From NCBI GenBank assembly GCA_964352725.1, contig CAYGTD010000001.1, positions 1 through 49,125 of the forward strand: 49,125 bases of DNA, given 5' to 3'. Made by a program: the position numbers and the translations under genes. The DNA comes from an uncultured Roseivirgaceae bacterium. GTDB taxonomy: Bacteria; Bacteroidota; Bacteroidia; Cytophagales; Cyclobacteriaceae. Of this stretch, positions 47,662-49,125 are shown one piece after another. Numbering within the stretch: position 1 is the stretch's first letter; every line of letters begins with the position of its first letter. The notes beneath the pieces were generated by a model, which saw only the letters and a program-made list of their open reading frames with translations, did not search any database and was not told where the DNA came from.

Positions 47662-48307
47662 CTTCTAAATTCGTAATCAAAATGTCTTTGATACTATTTT
47701 TATGAATAGTGGAAAACCAGACATCATTCAACTTCTTCCAACCTCCCCAGCTTATTTCGATTCCACCAATAGGAATATTGGAAGTCCATAATTTCCATGA
47801 AGTAGGAAATCCTCTACTATCTATCATCCATAAATAACTATCTCCTGGAGTGACACCTCCTGAAGTATAAGTAAGTAATAATCCTCTTGTTTCCTCTAAA
47901 GAAACTGTAGATCTGATTACTCCAGCATCCCGAACTTTAAACGGAGCTACTAACCAAAAGGAATCATTAATGAAATACTCATATGCTTTTAGCTCAAGCA
48001 GACTGAATGACTGCATCTCATTGTTTAGGTTCAGAAACACATCCTGTTCACCCCATTTTACTTGTACTGTGTTATCTGCTTTATTCCATTGATAATGATG
48101 AATACCAGCAAATGTGAACCCGATGTACTTCAATCGATCATAACCCTCCTTATTTAAGGAGCTGAGTACCTCATCCGCAAGTTGCTCGGCTTCCTGTCCT
48201 TGTGTTCCATTCGGCACTGGTTTATCCATGACAAAATATCCAATAATGGCAACCACTACTATTAATAACGCTACATACAATAGGAACTTAAAGAATCTTT
48301 TCAGCAT
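47654..48307 (-). CDS. Conserved hypothetical membrane-anchored protein
   Basis: N-terminal TM from ATG 48307; Bacteroidota-typical FINDSFWLVAPFK and YTSGGVTPGDSYLW motifs. Confidence 0.75.
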   Translation of the reverse strand: MLKRFFKFLLYVALLIVVVAIIGYFVMDKPVPNGTQGQEAEQLADEVLSSLNKEGYDRLKYIGFTFAGIHHYQWNKADNTVQVKWGEQDVFLNLNNEMQSFSLLELKAYEYFINDSFWLVAPFKVRDAGVIRSTVSLEETRGLLLTYTSGGVTPGDSYLWMIDSRGFPTSWKLWTSNIPIGGIEISWGGWKKLNDVWFSTIHKNSIKDILITNLEVR

Positions 48308-48379
48308 ATGGATTAGAGGATAATAGAGCCAAGTTACTAATTTTAGTACTTCACTCACCAACTTTTAAAAGGTAGCTTA

Positions 48380-49125
48380 ATGAATTCTTTAAAAATACTC
48401 ATTGTATTAATTTCTATTTTCTTTTCACTTCAGATTGTAGCTCAGCCCAACACAGAAATCTATCTTCTTGATCTTAAAAAACAAGATAATGGGGCTTTGA
48501 CACTTAGCAATCCCGTTAATATATCAAACAATGTTGGTTATGATAATCAACCGTCATTTTGGAAAGACAGCAAGTCTATTTTATACGCTAGAACAATTGA
48601 TGGTCAAACTGATATTGCTAGATACTTCATCAAGTCTGAAAAAACGGTTGTTATATCTGATACACCTCAAGGCGGTGAGTATTCCCCTACCCCTATGGCT
48701 GACGGACGTATATCTGGTATTCGTCTAGATACTACTGGCTTGCAGCTTTTATATGCGTACGATCTTAAAGGAAAAAATGAAGTTTTGGTGAATGATCTTG
48801 TGATTGGGTATCATGCATGGCTAAGTCCTAACACCATGGTAGCTTTTGTTCTTGGCGAACCCGCTACGATGCAAATCATTAATACAACTACTGGCAATGC
48901 TGAAATAGTAGCGGAAGATATTGGCCGATCGCTACATCAAATTCCCGGTTCCGAAAATTTTAGCTACTTAGATAAATCAGTTGATGAATGGACGATCAAA
49001 CAAATGAATCCTGAAACAAAAGAAACTGTGGTCTTAACTAAGTCATTAGCGGGAGTAGAAGACTATGCATGGACATCTTATAATCAGATATTCATGGGAA
49101 AACGATCCAAATTGTATGTATGGGA
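48380..49125 (+). CDS. TolB/PD40-like beta-propeller exported protein, 3'-truncated by the window edge
   Basis: ATG 48380 MNSLKILIVLISIFFSLQIVAQPNTEIYLLDL...GYDNQPSF...GEYSPTPM...IGYHAW; the frame stays open to the window end. Confidence 0.8.
   Translation, partial: MNSLKILIVLISIFFSLQIVAQPNTEIYLLDLKKQDNGALTLSNPVNISNNVGYDNQPSFWKDSKSILYARTIDGQTDIARYFIKSEKTVVISDTPQGGEYSPTPMADGRISGIRLDTTGLQLLYAYDLKGKNEVLVNDLVIGYHAWLSPNTMVAFVLGEPATMQIINTTTGNAEIVAEDIGRSLHQIPGSENFSYLDKSVDEWTIKQMNPETKETVVLTKSLAGVEDYAWTSYNQIFMGKRSKLYVW

Noticed and set aside
1-49125. CRISPR arrays, tRNA/rRNA, IS elements, prophage or defence systems
   Set aside because: No regularly spaced repeats, cloverleaf or rRNA signatures, or transposase, integrase or nuclease motifs seen; intergenic spaces are short and largely accounted for.

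Overview
AT-rich, gene-dense chromosomal segment from a Bacteroidota genome, most likely a marine Cytophagales. This rests on TAnnTTTG -7 promoter elements, A-rich translation starts without SD, a T9SS type-B CTD protein and Na+-NQR. Most of it is housekeeping: sufBCDSE-sufT-brx, nqrABCDE (no nqrF), fabD-cmk-ispH, sdhCAB, thrABC, lysS, proline dehydrogenase, aroB/aroA, fadD, asnC-like regulator, SulP. I saw no rRNA, tRNA, CRISPR or IS element. The most interesting signals are missing from the ORF track: (1) a 49-aa cationic lipoprotein ending in PIPCPIKDC, coupled between fabD and cmk; (2) a ~120-nt promoter-to-terminator unit with a G/U-rich tract, divergent from the Lrp/AsnC gene (candidate sRNA or attenuator); (3) a 53-aa membrane protein antisense between aroB and aroA behind tandem ECF-type promoter motifs; (4) a small accessory islet at 3.6-6.3 kb with several broken genes; (5) a shared iron-box-like palindrome before suf and sdh; (6) a transsulfuration-type PLP enzyme with an apparent internal duplication. 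All functional calls come from motif recognition only; no database search was run.
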